From Zancudomyces culisetae HAW-14-8 (lineage: Eukaryota; Fungi; Kickxellomycota), in contig JBNJNM010000006.1 in NCBI GenBank assembly GCA_052426225.1, positions 1,674,001 to 1,738,000 on the forward strand: 64,000 nucleotides of DNA. The letters run 5' to 3'. The notes below the pieces were generated by a model. The model saw only the letters and a list, made by a program, of their open reading frames with translations. It did not search any database and was not told the origin of the DNA. The position numbers and the translations under genes were made by a program. Positions 61,424 through 64,000 of the stretch are shown one piece after another (position 1 is the stretch's first letter; the number at the start of each line of letters is the position of its first letter).

Positions 61424-64000
61424 AATTACTAAATTGCTGCGCAATTTTCTCAAAAATCATTTTGGGAAATTTAATTTTGTTGATTGCGCAGTAGATTAGG
61501 TAATTTAGAAACGTGTTAAAATTACGACATTTTGCTGCGCAATTACACGTTTTACATTACTAATCAATTGATTACTAATCATTCTAGAATCCTAACATTC
61601 TAGAATTTTCTTATAGTTATAACAATGTTTTTCATAGTTTTTTAGTAGTTTTGGAAAAGTATATATAGCCATAGTTTTTATTGAAAGAGAAGCTTCAGCA
61701 ATAAAATATCTTTACAAGATATATACTACTTTAAATAACTAAATAAAATAAAATAAAATAAAATAATACTTAGTTGTCAGGTCCTGACAAGAACTAATAA
61801 CGGACTTCGCAGTTATCAGTTATATTTATTAATTTATAATAAATTTATGGCTACCATTAATATTGAGGCTGAGAAACAATAATATTGCAAACTGCGAAAT
61901 TTAAGCATATTCATTAAAATATTGTGAATAATTAACACTTATATGATATCTGCAGAATTGTATAGCAAAGTTCATAATGTGAAACATACTAAAACATATC
62001 CTTAAATCAATATCACGTCAAGATTTACCTATTATTTACAATTTTGAGAATTATATCGCTTGCAACTTTACATAGCATTTACACATATAATTTAAATGTT
62101 TTTTTAATAGATGAATAACAATAATATGTATCAGTTTATTATAATTTGAACTTTGGGCGAATGTATAGGATAAATCAACTAGGCTGTCATGACCTGACAC
62201 TAAGTACTATAATTATAACTTGATACTTGATTTATTAAATAAAATACTATGGAATGAAAGTATTTTATTGCTAAAGTTCTCCTTTGCAATAAAATCTTTT
62301 TATTTATATAATTTATCTAAACAGAATTATAAAACGTAAAATAAAACTTAATCAAAATGAATCTAGAGAATGTTCAAACTAAAACATCGTAAATATTTTA
62401 ACTGCAATATATTTATGAATTGCAGTTATCGAAACATTCACCATAACGATTAAAATGTTTAATAAATTATTTCAAATAATTACATTTGAGAACGAATTTA
62501 ATTAGCGGAGAGAATGTTAAAAAATTTAACATTTACTATTTTTAAGTGAAAATAAAAATAGCAGTTATGACATGTTAAATAATGACATAAGCAACGAGTT
62601 GTAAAAACCGAGCATGTATGTTTACTCATATTTAACATATGACGTTTTTTCAAATTAAACAAATTATAAAAAATAAATATACAGTATAACTAAATATTTG
62701 TTAGTGTAAAAAACTCCTTTGTATGATTATTGGAAAAAATATTTACTTTTAATGATTAATTTTTTGGAGTACTTATCGTTAATTTATACAATTGTTTCAG
62801 ATTATGTTAAAGTTTAGAAAAATATTAGGTTTTTACCTTTAAAATAACTTTAATAAATAAAACTAACCTAAACTATTGTCGTGTTGCGATTTATATTGTA
62901 ACTTTATTTAGATATACCTAACTTAACTAACCCTATTAACTATCTATCAAAAACGCACTCCCTTATTTCCTTACTCCTTTTTTAGCCTTTTAATCTTCCT
63001 ATTTCCTTATCTCTGACTCTTTGTAAGTTATCCAATTTACGTTAATATTTATTATCGAGAATTACTACTGTCGGCTACGACACTATTAACCCAGTGTACT
63101 AATCAATATTTAATTTGATTGTTCTAGAAGGTTTTGGATTGTATGGGGTGACATATTAAGTAATAATTGTCCCCAGAAATTGCGTAATATTTAACTCATA
63201 TGTGTAATGTTTTTAAATAGGTAATGGATTAGAAAATTAAATTTAGTACTGACTGTTTAATTGATACCTAATCATAATAATGATTTATTATATAAATTTA
63301 TTTATTAATAAATTAAAGTGTATAATAAGTATGTATATATATAACAGTATACATATAAAAATATGTTAGATATTGACTAATATAATCATAAATAAAGTTT
63401 AAATTCAAAAACATTCGAAATATCATATGAGTCACAGAATATTAACAACTAATTATTGTTCGTATTAGAAATTATGCTAGTTTCTCACCTAAATACCCAA
63501 TGCCCGCTCAAATATGCGTAATTAGTGCCTGAGCGTGCAAAATGGAGCATACGAGGTACACACGTACAGTGGTGTAGATTAAATTATGCTTTTCGGATAC
63601 TATATTTATCTAAATTTTAATAATTTTACATTTATAGTTAGAAATTATTTTTTAGTCTATTATATTTCTTTACATAATTTTCAACATTATGATACGTAAT
63701 CAATATTAATTATACAAGTCAAATACACGTCTAGCTTAATTTCAAAAAAAGTAAAAATTCATTTTACAATCAAACTATAAATGCAACTATAAACTATTAC
63801 TACAAAACAAACAAATAAATCTATTTAAATTATATTTATTTTATCACCTTCAAGTATGATAGATATAATTTTAACTATAACAATTGTATATTAATTATAT
63901 CCAAATAATACTGTAAATGATTTGTAGTAAATAAACTTTTAACATATTACTAATATATTTGAATTCAATCTATGTTGAATATATATATATGAATAATAGC
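61424..64000 (-). repeat. Right arm of the large inverted repeat (reaches the window edge)
   Basis: Reverse complement of 50231-52807. Confidence 0.95.

Larger units (their letters stand above)
56173..61440 (+). mobile_element. Chromovirus (Tf1/sushi-like Ty3/Gypsy), element 3, with truncated 3' LTR
   Basis: LTR start TGTCATGATTTATCATG at 56173 and 61376; PPT AGAGAGGGATGA; gag, PR, RT YLDD, RNase H, IN and chromodomain. Confidence 0.93.

Overview
Eukaryotic, AT-rich, intron-containing DNA, most likely from a fungus; an early-diverging lineage is inferred from the gene content and has not been verified. The left part (1-27.7 kb) is gene-rich: 3' end of SPT6, a Bin3/MePCE methyltransferase, WDR48/UAF1, a large low-complexity protein, a COP1-like RING-WD40 E3 ligase, TVP38/TMEM64, and a Ran1/Pat1-like kinase behind a 6.7-kb intergenic region. 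The right part (28-64 kb) has no host protein genes. Two divergent tRNA loci (tRNA-Ile; a tRNA-Glu/tRNA-iMet dimer) are separated by 14.2 kb that parses almost entirely into about 14 TG...CA LTR units stacked end to end with 0-9 bp spacers. Both outermost units appear to sit 8 bp upstream of a tRNA gene. The stack includes a young full-length Ty3/Gypsy element with a ~2.9-kb hairpin-dense leader, and two solo LTRs carrying a conserved ~118-codon ORF that runs off the LTR end. Further right are an intact Ty3/Gypsy element nested in an old LTR of its own family, a Tc1/mariner remnant disrupted twice, a decayed chromovirus, and a near-perfect inverted repeat of at least 2.58 kb that truncates the chromovirus 3' LTR at a microhomology. 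All coordinates and alignments were read by eye.
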